A stretch of 62,074 bases of DNA, filler included, from Choristocarpus tenellus KU-1152 (lineage: Eukaryota; Protista; Phaeophyceae), in NCBI GenBank assembly GCA_964200185.2. It is 8 parts of 8 records of this genome, joined end to end, with 100 filler letters (N's around TTAATTAATTAA, not from the genome) between each part and the next. Parts side by side here need not be neighbours in the genome. Positions count along the whole stretch, not along the records: positions 1 to 3,541 come from CAXNAD020019372.1; positions 3,642 to 12,931 come from CAXNAD020003813.1; 6 more parts are not named here. The stretch is one strand, 5' to 3'. The position numbers and the translations under genes are program-made. Position 1 is the first letter of the stretch; each line of letters opens with the position of its first letter. Below are positions 1 through 12,931 of this stretch, one piece after another. The notes beneath the pieces are model-generated. The model ran no database searches, was not told where the DNA came from, and was given only the letters and a program-made list of their open reading frames with translations.

Positions 1-66
1 TGTGTTATTACCAATATTAGACCAAATGAGAAGTCAAGATGGACATATTGTGTTATTACTATTATC

Positions 67-239
67 GACCCAAAGTATCTGGGGGGGTCTACATCAGGGT
101 GTCCATTTGGGTCAAAATCAGGAAAAGTGTATTTACATTGTCCATCGAACGGATGCAACCAAATCACCAAAAAATCGCGACATGAAAAAATTTACCCCAA
201 ATGGACAGCCGCCACCCCCCCCCCGAAATACTTTGAGCC
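67..239 (+). mobile_element. MITE family A copy
   Basis: GACCCAAAGTATCTGGGGGG ... CCCCCCGAAATACTTTGAGCC; body shared with the other family A copies. Confidence 0.85.
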
Positions 240-372
240 TCATTGTTGTTGTATGTTTGCATTCTTACACATTGTGTTATTATTATTATTATTGCTACTA
301 CTATATTGTGTTATTACCAATATTAGACCAAATGAGAAGTCAAGATGGACATATTGTGTTATTACTATTATC

Positions 373-455
373 GACCCAAAGTATCTGGGGGGGGGGTGGG
401 GGGGGTCTACACCAGGGCGTCCATTTGGACCAAAGTCAGAAAAAGTGCATTTAAT
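373..455 (+). mobile_element. MITE family A 5' fragment (part of a local duplication)
   Basis: Same left end and same upstream flank as the copy at 67. Confidence 0.75.
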
Positions 456-834
456 GTATGCCCAATGAATGGCCATGATGTAACTCCCATTTCCACAAAT
501 AAATTACTCACTATGTGAATGCTATTATCTGCAGGAACTGGGATATACATCATTGCTAGCCCTGCCATATGAATGAATAAATTGTGCCTAAAAGAGTTAT
601 CAGTTGTCAATTACTAGAAGTACATTTTTTGAATAATCCATGAAGGTAACTCTTCTGTTGCAAATAACATGTCAAAATCACAAAGAATCAGGTTCATCAG
701 AAAAATATATATAGAATCATCCCCCTCCACTGTTTCATGACTAGGCATGAGGTGTCAGATCCAACCATCCCCTACCTGGATGGTATCATTTTTGTTTTGA
801 GTCAACCCTACCTGGATGGTATCATTTTTGTTTT

Positions 835-1105
835 GAGTCAAAGTATCTTAGAGGGTAGAGTTGTTACAGAGTCGCGTCTGTTTGGCGGCCAAAATCCAAT
901 GTTGAAAGTTTGATATAATTGTGGCTATCATGTTTGTTAGGAAGTGTCAATATCCTTGTTCCAGACACGCCTTTTCATAACACATACATTTTACCTACTC
1001 CAAAACATTTCGGAGAAGGAAAAATGTCATCAAAAAACCCGTGGGAAGCCAAGCCCCAAATGGACAGACAGGGCAAGACTCGTACCCTCTAAGATACTGT
1101 CACTC
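835..1105 (+). mobile_element. MITE family B copy
   Basis: TIR GAGTCAAAGTATCTTAGAGGGTA ... TACCCTCTAAGATACTGTCACTC; flanks tttt/ttgt; 8 copies in the window. Confidence 0.9.
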
Positions 1106-1839
1106 TTGTTGTCAACATGAGTCCAAGTTTTACAATTTTGCCAGGCAATGCCACTTTGTCATGGTATGATGCATAAACCTTGCATTATGATTCCTCAAAT
1201 TAATAATCAACTCAATATCAACTCTGAACTTTCCCAATTTCTTTTTCCTCTTCATTATTTAGAAACAAAGTTTTGTCCAACAGAGCATATGGAGCTAAAA
1301 TTGTGTTCAAATCAGTTACCACTCCGAAATAAGTTCTGAGCTTGTCAACGCACAAAAAATTAACTGTGCCTTGCACATCTAGGCAATACAACAAGCAGAG
1401 CAATATGAACATACATTTTGCAACAGTATTCTAGCTCATCTCATTTGCTCTTTGCCTTCACTGTTCTGATAACAGGTGCAAAATATCAACAGGTAGCCAG
1501 TGCAGATGTGAAGGCATTGATTGGTTGATCCTCCCCCATGTTGTACAGAGACAGAAAAATGTTTTTTTTTCAAGTTCCTGTCTCTTGAAACATTTGCAAG
1601 TGCATGCGATATTTATCACAAAACTCATTGAGTCAAGTCACCTGTTTCATCAAAAGACTCTCCTCTGTAAGGTGTCTACAACTCCGACCTCCTTTTGCAA
1701 TACAGCATAGCTCTAAACCTAATTTGACTGCTAGAACATGTGAATTATGCCATTGCCTAAGCAGACGAGGTTGGGGAGTGCGTGTGTGCGCATCTTTGTG
1801 TGTGTGTTTTCATTTTAGTAATGCATATGTTCAAGTTGT

Positions 1840-2010
1840 GACCCAAAGTATCTGGGGGGGAGTCTACACCAGGGTGTCCATTTGGGACAAAACCAGGAAA
1901 AGTGCACTTTCATTATCCATCCGACGTATGGAACCAAATCACACAAAATCGCGACATGAAAAAACTGGTCCCAAATGGACAGCCGCCACCCCCCCCAGAT
2001 GATTTGAGCC
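1840..2010 (+). mobile_element. MITE family A copy
   Basis: TIRs; 3-bp TSD tgt/tgt. Confidence 0.85.
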
Positions 2011-2888
2011 TGTGGAAGAAACCTCTCCATGCCACAACATCTTAACGAAGAGCAAAAGTGACCCACCATGGTTAACCGTAGTTTGACCAAAGTCTATGGG
2101 GCTACTACCACCTAGAGTGCATGCTGCACATTTACGGAGTATGAAATAATGTAGTAATAACCTTCAGCCAGCACGCCATAAATCCTTGGGAACTTTATCC
2201 TCGGCAAGTACAAGTTAAGAAGCCACACCTCACAGTACCATCCTGAGGTTTTCACTTACCACTGAAATGTGGGTTGTGCTTCACATCAACACAGGATCAT
2301 ATCAATGTAATGATATGAACACGTACTTTTCTAAGACATCTAAAGGGCGTAAGCAAATTAATTATTTTAGATGGCATGTAAGGGTTACTCCGTGTGTTAG
2401 GTTTTAAAATTTGGTCTAACAGCCCAGGCAAGCATCTCGTGAGACACACCTAATTATCATTGCCTGATAAACCAAACCCTCCATTTCACCTCCCTATTGT
2501 GGAGGTCAAAGATCTGTGGCGTAAGGCTCGGAACCAGACACACACAAAATTAGAAAGGATGTTTTATTTGTAATCTCCTGAGTTCTTGTGCCAAGTATGT
2601 CCTTCTCTGTCAACCAATGGGTATATTTCCCAGGGGAAAAGAATAGGACTTTTCATCAGTCTGGGGCAAATCGAAGGGATAGTCTGCAGGCTGGATAAGT
2701 TCCAATATTTTCGAAAATGTCCTGACCAGGTCCACTAAGTAGTGGAACCTGCTCAGTCCACGGGCTGGGCAGGTTTCAAATGTTCGAACCAGGGCTACTG
2801 GAGATTGAATCCTGACTGGGCTGGACCTGGGTACTAACATCACATCTTCTATAAAATTAAACTGTCTAGCAACTTCATTATTCAATAT

Positions 2889-2962
2889 GGTCCCGTAGCT
2901 CAGTTGGTTAGAGCGTACGACTGTTAATCGTGAGGTCGTGAGTTCAATCCTCACCGGGACCG
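2889..2962 (+). tRNA. tRNA-Asn (GTT)
   Basis: Full cloverleaf: acceptor GGTCCCG/CGGGACC, D-arm GCTC...GAGC, anticodon arm TACGA-CTGTTAA-TCGTG, T-arm GTGAG-TTCAATC-CTCAC, discriminator G, no intron. Confidence 0.95.
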
Positions 2963-3512
2963 TTCCTAGATTGTTCATTTCATTCAGGACGTACTCACAG
3001 AGGCACCGATTTGGATTGGATAGCTGTTTGAATTGGTTTCGTTCCTCGTACGATTTTCAACTGTTCGAACTCCGACAAAACTAAATTTGTTTTGGTCGAA
3101 ACCTGTTTCGATTATCCGAAAATCATGTGTCAAGTAGTAAATAGAGGTAGGTTGTTCACGTAAATCTGTACTTCCTTGCTGGAAAGTGAGGTCTAGCAAA
3201 GTATTTTAGGGAGGAGGTACCAACCAACAAGCAAGTGGGATGGATGGCTAAATGAACCGGGATGGCTGAATGAACCCAATACTCGAGAGGCAAGGTATTA
3301 ATTAATAACAGAGGTATTAATTAATAACAGAGGGAGCAAAATTACCAATACTCGAGAGGCAAGGTATTAATTAATAACAGAGGGAGCAAAATTAGTCATA
3401 TTGCAAAAGTTAGATAAAATTTTTAGACCTCTAATAATACCATGAGATGTAGCGCAGTTTAGAGCCTATTTTTAGGTGATACAATAGTTTAATGTTGACC
3501 TTGTATGAACCC

Positions 3513-3541
3513 AGGTCAAAGTATCTGGAGGGGGGTGGCGG
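3513..3541. mobile_element. MITE family A/C terminus at contig end
   Basis: AGGTCAAAGTATCTGGAGGGGGG running into the linker; a similar terminus occurs at 24495-24521. Confidence 0.7.
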
Positions 3542-3641
3542 NNNNNNNNNNNNNNNNNNNNNNNNNNNNNNNNNNNNNNNNNNNNTTAATTAATTAANNN
3601 NNNNNNNNNNNNNNNNNNNNNNNNNNNNNNNNNNNNNNNNN
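3542..3641. other. Artificial contig linker N44-TTAATTAATTAA-N44 (also 12932-13031, 24522-24621, 28273-28372, 36719-36818, 50640-50739, 55702-55801)
   Basis: Identical 100-bp structure seven times; the 12-mer has stops in all six frames. Confidence 0.97.
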
Positions 3642-4302
3642 GTAGGAGGAGGGGGTGGGAGTGGGGGAGTTGGTAAGGGATCAACAAGGGGGGGGGCTGT
3701 TCTGAAATGCAACAAAAATGTCAGAAGTGTACTGGTTCGTTCTTCTGGAGGAGGTACCAGAGGAAGTACCAGAGGAAGTACCGGAGGAAGTATCAGAGGA
3801 AGTACCAGAGGAAGGATTGAAGGGAGGGGTATCAGGGGAAGGACTGAAGGAAGTATTGGAAGCAGCACCAGAGGAAGGACTGGACGAAGTGCTAGGGCGA
3901 GTACTGAGGGTGCTAGAAGTACCGGTAGGTTTCTTGAACGAAGTCAGGCACATGTGATCATGGAGAAGCTGGATTGGGGCTTTGTGAGGTGTGTTGAGGT
4001 GTGTTGAGGTGTGTTGAGGTGTGTTGAGGTGTGGGGTCAGGAAGTGATACTGACTCTTGAAGGGTCAATATTTTCAGCGATGTATGTTCCGTAGTGATGA
4101 TACCATGGGAGGGTAATAGGAACCTCCCACAAGTATTGCTGAATGACATTAATGGTTTCGTGTTGAAACTGTCATGCCGACCCATTTTTGTTGGGCAGGA
4201 GGCACCTTGGAATATTAATAATTATGGAGGTCATTTGAAGGCGTTATGGCTGACTCTACCACCTTTCGAATATCGGTTAAGTTGTAAACCAGATACAGAA
4301 TG

Positions 4303-4333
<31 letters not shown>

Positions 4334-7300
4334 TGATAATAATCAGGCACATCCACTAAATCAGAATTAGGTGATAGCCAAATATCTCCAGACCTATTAC
4401 TTGATGTTTTGCATGTAATCCACCTCTGCACACGCCTCCGTAAGTTTGTGATTATATTGTGCGCAATGACACGCATGGACACGTGTGTGATGTTGGCCTC
4501 TACAAAAAAAAATCATCTGGTCGGGTCTCCTACTACTTGGGAGGCCTAGTTTCTCGTGGCGACGTAGGTTGTTGGGTGTGCAGTATGCACTATGATCCAG
4601 GTGATTAATCACAATTAACTGGCAAGAACTGAATAGGTTAAATACTAAGTTGCAAATCCTCTTGGTTCAGTACTTTAGAATTTGGGAATCTAAAAGACCT
4701 TGGTACGGTAGAGTATGAGATACTGCCAATTCTGTTGATTTTGACGTTTCAAAAATATTAGTAGTACTGTAGTACCAGCGACCTTTGGTGGTACCAACAG
4801 TCCTGTTGGTACTATCTGTAGTATAATAGTACCTAGACACTTCTGAGACTGGAAGGCGCTTGCGTAAATTCTAGTGCAGATTTCTTTGTGTTCTGAACCG
4901 GCTAAAAGAGACAGAGTTAGGGTTAGAGATAGTGATAGTGACAATAAACGATCCAGAGTATCTTGGAGGGTAGGGCCTCGTCCATTTGGGGATCAAAATG
5001 CAATGTTGCCATTTTGATGTAATTTTGGCTATATCGTGTTTGTTAGGAAGTGTCAATATCCTTGTTCCGGACACAGCTTTTCATAACGTACACATTTTAC
5101 CTACTACGAAACATTTTGGAGTAAGTAAAATGTCATTTTTTTTTTAAACACAGGAAGCCAAGCCCCAAATGGACAAACAGGGTAAAACTTGTGCCCTCTA
5201 AGATACTTTCAATCAAACTGGAAAAAAGTAAATAAGAAAAAAAAGAGGAAACGATTCGAAGACACAGGTTGTCGTACACTCAGTCAATCACACTGGCAAG
5301 AAAAAAAGAGTAATGTGGACCCTAACCCTAACCTTGCCACTATATATTTAACACACTGCTGGTGTGCTTGGTCTTGTAACCACACCTTTTTTGTGCCTTT
5401 CATTGTACCAGTCCCTTACCTTAAACCTCTTCCACTTATAGATAGGCCTTACTGTGCACTGCCAATGGCATCACCACTTCAATAGTGTTGTCATCACTGC
5501 TTCGATGGACTAGTGTTGTCATCACTGCTTCGATGGACTGGAACCAGAATATTTTTTTAAGGATTACGGATTGTTATTGCTATTATTATCATCGTCATTA
5601 TTATCATTGTTATTACTATTGGTATTATTATTTTTTACTATTATGATTATTATTATTATCATTACTGCCTGATTGGCAGTGATCGTTCCACTTTGTTATT
5701 TTTTTTCAAAGCTAATTGTAATAGAAAAAAGAAAACGCTGCTGTGGCCCTTCATTTACTATACATCTTTGCATTGACTCTTGGAGGAGCTCCCAAATAAC
5801 ATCATTTCGTATCTATTTCTGCACAGCAGTGACTATCATTGACCACACGCACACATTAATGTATGTATGTATTGTGTATTATGTATTCATGTATGTATGT
5901 ATGTAGGTAGGTATGTATGTATGCATTGTGTGTTATGCATGTATCTATGCATCTATGTATCTATAAGTTTGCAGCAATTTGTGTATGGCCATTTGCACTG
6001 TCTAACAGTCGGACATATTTCTCAGAGGTATACCTCAAACGAGTCATGGAAGATAATAGCGCATGTCTATACAGAGTTATTCATTTAACTGTGGTGGGAG
6101 AGGCAGAAGTGTATGACAAGGGTTGTTGTCCTTAGGGTTGAAAGCTAGGATCTTTGATTAGGAGTGGCCTTTCTGGGATGCAACTCCACATTTGTCAAAA
6201 GGTACTGAGTGTGTATAAAACGTGTGTTTGTTTTTTAGGGGGCATCAAGCTTTCCTGTTGAACATATGATATCAAATCTTGGATCCCCCTATTGAAAAAG
6301 CTTTTACATAAAGGTGGCAAACAAGCAGGATGTGGGGATTTTTTTATCAAGGGTTGGATAGTATGATTTTGATGAACACTTGAACGATGTGATCTTATCA
6401 AAATTTGAAATATAAGTAATTTAGAGCACCATCTCTCTTTTTGCTTTGAGTCCTTTATTCTTCTCTACAACCCCAACGATGAGATCTGAACATCCTAGCT
6501 GGGGAAAAAACTGAGCAAGCACCCACTTCGAGAAAGAGATTCCAATCCCCTGCTCATTTTTCCAACAGCTGTCCAAGGGTAGTTAGTATATGTGGGATAC
6601 TTGGGCTGTAATGTGGTAGTGGTGGTATCAATAGGTCAGTGCCATTGTCATCATCATTGATTAGCCTTCCAACTAATTTCTAAAGGTAGTGCCATGCCAT
6701 GTCAAGTATCCTCCTCCAATATCTTCTGTCCATTCACTTGAACTCAATCCCTGACAAAGATATCTAATGATATCTAATGATATCTAATGATATCTAATGA
6801 TATCTAATGCACGTGATGGAACCTACTCGGAATCCTGTGAAAAATACGTATTTTTTTAGGGCCAAGACCAGCAGTCGCTGGGATGTCAGCCCCACACTGC
6901 ACAAGCCAGCAGAAAGGCCATCAACAGGTGTCAGTGGCGGTAGTGGAGATAAAAATGGAAGCAATGCTTTGGCTAGCACTTTGTGTGGAAATACAGAGAA
7001 GGTGGACAGCTTTTTGTATTGTCTTGTTCTTGATTTTGCTCTTGATTTTTTGGTGGGGGGCAGGGGGCAAGGGATAATAAGAAATACACTTCAAGTACTT
7101 ATGTATATAACACCTCCGTACATACCTATAGCATACGTACCAATAGCATACATACCTATAGCATGATCCAACAGATCGCACAGTTATTGGAGATGATCTG
7201 TAGAGTGCAATAAACACATAGGGTACTTTGAGGTATTACGTAGTGGAGCACACTTTTGCTTGGCAGTCTGGAACGAGAATGAAATGAACCTGTCTATCTT

Positions 7301-10107
7301 GATGGACGGACACATATTGACCTTTGAAGTGTGATGAATTGATGAATCTACTCACATACATTTGGATAGTTGACGGTTGTTTGACTCCTTCGGGATGTAT
7401 CAAAAACAGTCCTCCCCAGCTGAGGGAGTTGGGAGGGGGAGCTGGAGGGGGATGATTTATATGACAGTATAGTAGTATATCATACACAATACAGGAGTAG
7501 ACCATTCTTCAAAACACATTCCATTTTCTTATTGCCAGCCAAGTATCAGTATTGTCCTTTCTTGAAAGGGAATTTCTCTTTTCTTCTTGAAATTGACGGG
7601 TAGGGGTATACCATTTACTAAGCCCTCCCTGAAGTACACACTTTTAGAAGTGTTGCATTTGATGCTTACAACTATTCGTAGCAGATTTTTTCATCATTAA
7701 ATAGACTGTCTCTTTGACACACCCACCTCCTCCCTCACCCATTCTGTGTTCCCTCACCCCCTGTCCTAATTTACATCTTTGTTTACGGATGTTGCCACCA
7801 ACCCCAAAACAAGAAGCAAATAGAAAGTGTTGCTCCACCTGCACCCCAGCAGGGCACTAAAACTTGTGCTAGGAGTGTTTGTAGAGATGGAAACGAGTTT
7901 CCACAAAGACCATTGTCCATGCTGCCCAAATCATCTGGCGCCCTTCATGTTCCCCGGGAAGAGAAAAAGGATGATTCCTCTTCAAGGAGGGCAATGTCCT
8001 TATGTGAGAGAGACAGTGGTGAAGTGAAGGGGGACGGTTCTGCTTCAGATTTGCTGCCCGTGCAACCCTTTGCTCTTGTATTTGCCGCCACCTCACCCCC
8101 ATCTTCACTGGGAGGAAGATCGATGAAATCCTCTCTGTCAGTAGAGTCCACCCATCGGCGGAGAGTATTGGTGAAGGAATCAGAAGAACCAGAACCAGAA
8201 CCACTGACAAGAACAACACAGAGGTATGAGCTGGGGGAGGGGGAAGATTTCCAAGACAAGGACAGGAGCAAAGGGCGAAGACAAAGGCCTCAGAATGGCA
8301 CAAGCAGAAGTTGGAGTTCTGAATGTTCAAGAGGCGTTGCAGTTGCAGATGAAGGTGGTGGGGTCAGTTTGCGTCAAGTTGTGGTAGCCCAGACTGAGAG
8401 GTACGCCCTAGTGTCACCACCACTTCCTCCCTCCACATTTCCTCCCTCGCCAGCGGTACCTTTGTTGCCTTCTAGGGGGGTGACGACCGATGGTGATGTC
8501 TGTCTTGAGCAGGGCCAGCTCACATATTCTCCTCGGTCTCTAACCTCCATGATAATGGCCAACCCAATGGTCCGGGGAGAGCGTTCCAGTCTTCAGAGCA
8601 GGCAAAGTGAAGGGACTGGGGTTGTTGGAAACGAAAATAAAGAAAGTTTAGCATTGAAGAAGAGGCAATCATTTGCGAAATCAAAAGGTGTAAGGTTTGT
8701 GACAACAAAGGGTGTACCAGATCGACAGTTAGAGTCATCCGGGTTGGTTTTGTTGCAGGCAACAACTGAACAAGGAGGAGAAGAACTTGCTGAGGACAAG
8801 GGTGGTGAGGTTGGTACTGATGGAGGCAGTGTTGTGGAGAGGGTTAGTGGTACTGCCAGTGACCCTTTTGGGTTCAGTAGAAGGAAACACTCGGCCATTA
8901 TCCCTAAACCTAGTCGAGAATGCAGAGTGAACAGTTGGAATGAGGCGAAGGGGAGGGGGGAGGAGGGGGCGGGAGTGGATAGCATTGGTGGTAGCAATGG
9001 TTGCTGTACTACAACTGATGTCAGGCACTATGGGTTGTTGCGCGATTTGGCACAGGTTCAACAAGATAGTAGAGGACCAACTCAGTACCTCCAAGACCAT
9101 TGTCATTACCAGGGGATAGGTGGAGCATGCAGTCCACAATCAGGAAGACTGGTAGGTCGAAGGTTGTTATCAAGTGACTCATCTTCAACTGAATTGATGC
9201 CTTTGATGCCTTTGCCGGAGGGGTATATGCCTTTGCCGGAAGGGTATATGCCCCTTGAAGAGCTCGAGAGGGAGGTGAGTGTGGATTTTTTATAAAAGGG
9301 ATGGAACACAGTATGACGGCTCATAATTCAACTACAATAGTGTGCTGTGCATTAGTACGCTCCAGATGTTGTACTGTGTACTTTCATGTATGTTGTTTTG
9401 TCTGTGTGTTTGTCCTCGGAGTATGATACTGTATTTTGATTGGCATACGAGAGCGCAGTATGATGTTTAGAGCCCATGACCAATTTTTCGTGTTTTATTC
9501 AAGATATTTTTGCCAGGTTCATATCACTGATAGAGTAAAGATAATTTTTTTTAGAATGGAGTGTAGGAGGGAGATATGTGTAACTACTTACTTGGAAATA
9601 GTGAAGTCTTTTCACTGGATCGGCAATTTTAAATGGTCCTCTAGGTTCGAGCAATGGAGTCATGCATTAGTAACTATAAAGTAAACAAACACGTCACACA
9701 ATATCAAACAAAAGAAAATATAGATGTGTTCGCCTTTTATGGTCCATCTCGACTACTTTGGAGTGAAATAAAATTGGGTTTTTGCTTCAAGGGGAGATGT
9801 TGCAGTAGCTGACCATCCATACGGATTTTTTTAATGTACATACACTGTGTATGCATAAGGACCACCCCTGTCTTCTGTCTGACCCTGGAAAAACAAGCAG
9901 GTGTTTGGACATCCTCATACTGAGGGAGGTCAACCCCCAGGTAGTGGGTCAGGCGAGAAAGCTTCTTCTTCAGACTCTACACATCATTGGTATTCAAGCT
10001 CTTGTTCTTTGGATGATGACTTGTCCATCTGGCTCTGCTCTATGTTTGTGCGCGATCAGTCCAGCAGTATCCCTCAGCTAGAGAAAAAAGTTTGCTTGTC
10101 ACGATGA
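3642..10107 (+). CDS. Putative multi-exon gene containing the 7814-9274 exon (candidate exons ~3642/3726-3924, 4199-4275, 6009-~6100, 6860-7001, 7814-9274, 9901-10107)
   Basis: AG/GT-bounded open segments. 6860-7001, 7814-9274 and 9901- join in phase 0, and 4199-4275 joins 6009- in phase 2 (LPPFEYR-RTYFSEVYLK). Other junctions are unresolved. Confidence 0.4.
3748..3815. repeat. 12-bp minisatellite (GAGGAAGTACCA)~5
   Basis: Direct reading; lies in a candidate exon. Confidence 0.8.
4950..5214 (+). mobile_element. MITE family B copy
   Basis: Same internal sequence; 4-bp TSD aaac/aaac. Confidence 0.9.
6759..6809. repeat. (GATATCTAAT)5
   Basis: Direct reading; a similar 10-mer array (TGAGGTGTGT)5 is at 3985-4033. 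Confidence 0.9.
7814..9274 (+). CDS. Large internal exon of an uncharacterised low-complexity (Ser/Gly/Glu/Arg-rich) protein
   Basis: ~487-codon open frame (ORF 7913-9295, also open upstream), upstream pyrimidine tract with CTAAT, strong donor GAG|GTGAGT at 9274. No recognisable domain. Confidence 0.6.
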
Positions 10108-10153
10108 TTGGCATATCAGAGTAAGCGCATCGCATTACAGCTAGCAAAGTAAC

Positions 10154-12931
10154 CTAGGTGGTAGGTGAGGAAGAGGTGACGCTGAAGGTTTGAGAAGAGA
10201 GAGGTGAAGAAAAAAAAAGAACAAGAGTGAGAAGAGGAGTGCAGGAAGTCATGCTGATGGGCATTACTCCTCCCAATAACAATATGTTATCTGCATTGAT
10301 GTTGAGGGTTGGCGGGGTGACTTTCATGCATATGATGATGAACCAGTAGGATGTACTCATTTCCTGTTGTAGTGTAACACCCCCTTCCTCCTACAAAAGC
10401 TCTACCTCGGCCTTGGGAGTGAGTGGCGTAGTAAGCAAGGAGTAAGAAGAGTTGATTGATCAGCTACATAACATGGTACAGCGAGAGGTCCTAGGATTTG
10501 TTTGGGCATATTGTATGTTTGTATGCATACGACCAGTTTGCTTGGACTCTCTTGAGCATGGCAGGATGGAGGGTGTGGCACAGATAGATCTTGGAAGGTG
10601 GAATAAACACAAGAGGGAGTCGGTTACTTGTCACGATTATGTACGGAATTCGTGACACGGTTATTACGTCATGAGGGCAATGTTAATTGCAACTGATGAT
10701 GTTGTGGTATAGATTGTCAGGACTAATACTTACCATACTCCTTGCAGCGGGTTATAACAATGGGTTGGTGTGTGGACTACATGGGGTATACCCTATTTCT
10801 TCTGAAAAGTAAAAAAAACACCAGTGTTGTATTCGCATTCGTCGATTTTTTTTCCAGAAATATCCTGTGTCGTAAAATAATAGCTATCGACTACTACAGG
10901 AAGAAGTAGATCAGACAGGAGTGTGCTCAATACGTAGCAACCATCGTGAGTCTTAAAAGAAAACACAAAGAAGTGAATCCATTATGCACTATTGCTTCAC
11001 TGCTGCATCAAGTTGATTCAAGGATGTCCTATGTTGTATGCATTGATTGGGTGTACTTCTACCAAGAGATCATTGAAAGCATCAACAACCTGCTGCCACA
11101 CATGAACTAAATAGGATGGCAATAATAGAGCAGGAAAGAAGGAATCCTCCTTAAGAATTCAAAAGGAGATTCTTTCATTGTTCCACTAGCTGATGGAAGC
11201 CTAGTCTCCTCTCAAAATGGATTGCAGTAAGGAACTATGGTTGGTGCTTGCACTAAATAATGCACTTGGTCCCCGAAAAAAGTAACATTGATATTTGATA
11301 CGCCATCAGTATTATTGAATTTATTGTAATGGGCAAGAAAGTCTGTGGCGTTAGCCAACAGAGTGAATGCTAGATTGCAATAACAAAAAAAAAGACAAAT
11401 TGAAACGACCACAAAAAAAGGGATTGTCAGGAAAGTTGGGGGGGGAAGGGAGGGAAAAAAACGAAAAAAAACCCACAAAAAAAANNNNNNNNNNGGGGGT
11501 GGGAATATACTGGGAAAGAACTGACAATAAAAGCAAAACGACTGGATTACCTAAAACCTATTCTCAACTACTACTGTCACACCTGCAAAACAAAAATACA
11601 ATAAAGGGCACAACTGTAAATGAGCAACTAAGAGTACCTTTTAGCTGTTGTAAACACCTTGGTAACAAAAAACTGAGGTTCTGCAGGTACTAGATGCATC
11701 CCAAATGCACTCCTTTTTATCTACTCCTGTGCCTCACTTTCCAGCTAGAAGGCAACATGAATGCATAAAAACTCCACCTCAAAAGAAATCAATTCCCCCT
11801 CTGTGACCTGATTGATACATCCCCTTATATTTTTCTTTTCAACCTTCATCGATGCCATCCTGTCATCATCATCATCAAACGTCATCTAGTCTCGACCAAA
11901 CCTTCTGCTTCAACCCTCGAGGCAATGCAGTGACCTTTACGCACACACACACACACACGTGAAATACATTCACAACACTCCCTCTTCAGCTAGCCAACTC
12001 AAGAGAGAACAACAGGGAATGAGGCAACCAAGCCCAAAAAAGGTGTAAGGCATTCATTTCACAACCACTACAGAATACATGAAAGGAGGTAGATGTGGGA
12101 GAGCCCAACGAGGAACAACAATGGACTGGCTCTCTCTTTCTATCTCAAATGACCATTGTACAAACCACCATGGTTGTTCTCTTAATATATTACCACAACA
12201 ATGCTGCCACAAAAACCACTATTCATAGCTCCAAGCATAATACCAACAAGTTGTTTGCTGTACTCAACAGCAAAAAGGGCAGGGGGGATTGAAAGTGCAC
12301 CAAAGAGGGAGTACCTTCATTGAAAGTAGCTATACATAAATCCTCAATGAAACATATAGATACACAGGTTCACTCTAGTGGACACCCCCACTTGTATTCA
12401 CTACAGTGGGAGTCACAGCTAGAGGTTGCCGCAAGTCAAGAGTACATGAGGCACAAGAGACTCAAATCAAGAGTGCATGCGGCACAAGAGACTCAAAAGA
12501 CTCAAATCGCAGACGCAGTAAAAAAAACCCTGGACCTCCCTTCTCCTCAGGTGCAAGATTAAAATTCTACAAGTTGATTGGTGCACCTCCATTCTAAATC
12601 CTGTTAACACCAGTCTCCTCACCAGAAAGTCAGTCAGTCACACAATTCCCCTCAATCAAGTCACTCCACCAAATGCAATCCCCTCACTGCATATTTTGTT
12701 TTGTCTCCTTCTCACGTGGCCACAGGAGGCCACTGCTTCCTTCCCATCTTGGTGGGGAAGTCTGCCGGAGTCTTAGTACCGAGGTCCTCATGGCCAGGTG
12801 CATAGTTCATTGACGACTGGGAAGCCTTCCTCTGTGTCACATAAGCACGCCCATTGCCTCCTACGCCCCCCCCCCCCAGAGGAGTGGACTTGGCGATTGA
12901 CCTAACTCCAGCATTGGACCTGGTAGACTTG
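10154..12931 (-). CDS. Possible exons of a minus-strand gene (~12931-12716, ~11369-11266, ~10363-10154)
   Basis: Open frames with plausible splice sites (CAC|GTGAGA, TCTAG|, CAACAG|GAA). The middle segment has three N-x-T sequons. No domain recognised. Confidence 0.25.

Noticed and set aside
2-476. Overlapping ORFs of 78-150 aa
   Set aside because: Chance frames through MITE A and a local duplication; the same peptides recur at every MITE copy
2610-2978. 122-aa minus-strand ORF
   Set aside because: Begins antisense to the tRNA gene; no domain. Only its last ~30 codons might be an exon.
3586-3597. TTAATTAATTAA palindrome recurring seven times
   Set aside because: Assembly linker, not biology
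7869-9139. Several minus-strand ORFs of 108-153 aa
   Set aside because: Shadows of the long plus-strand exon
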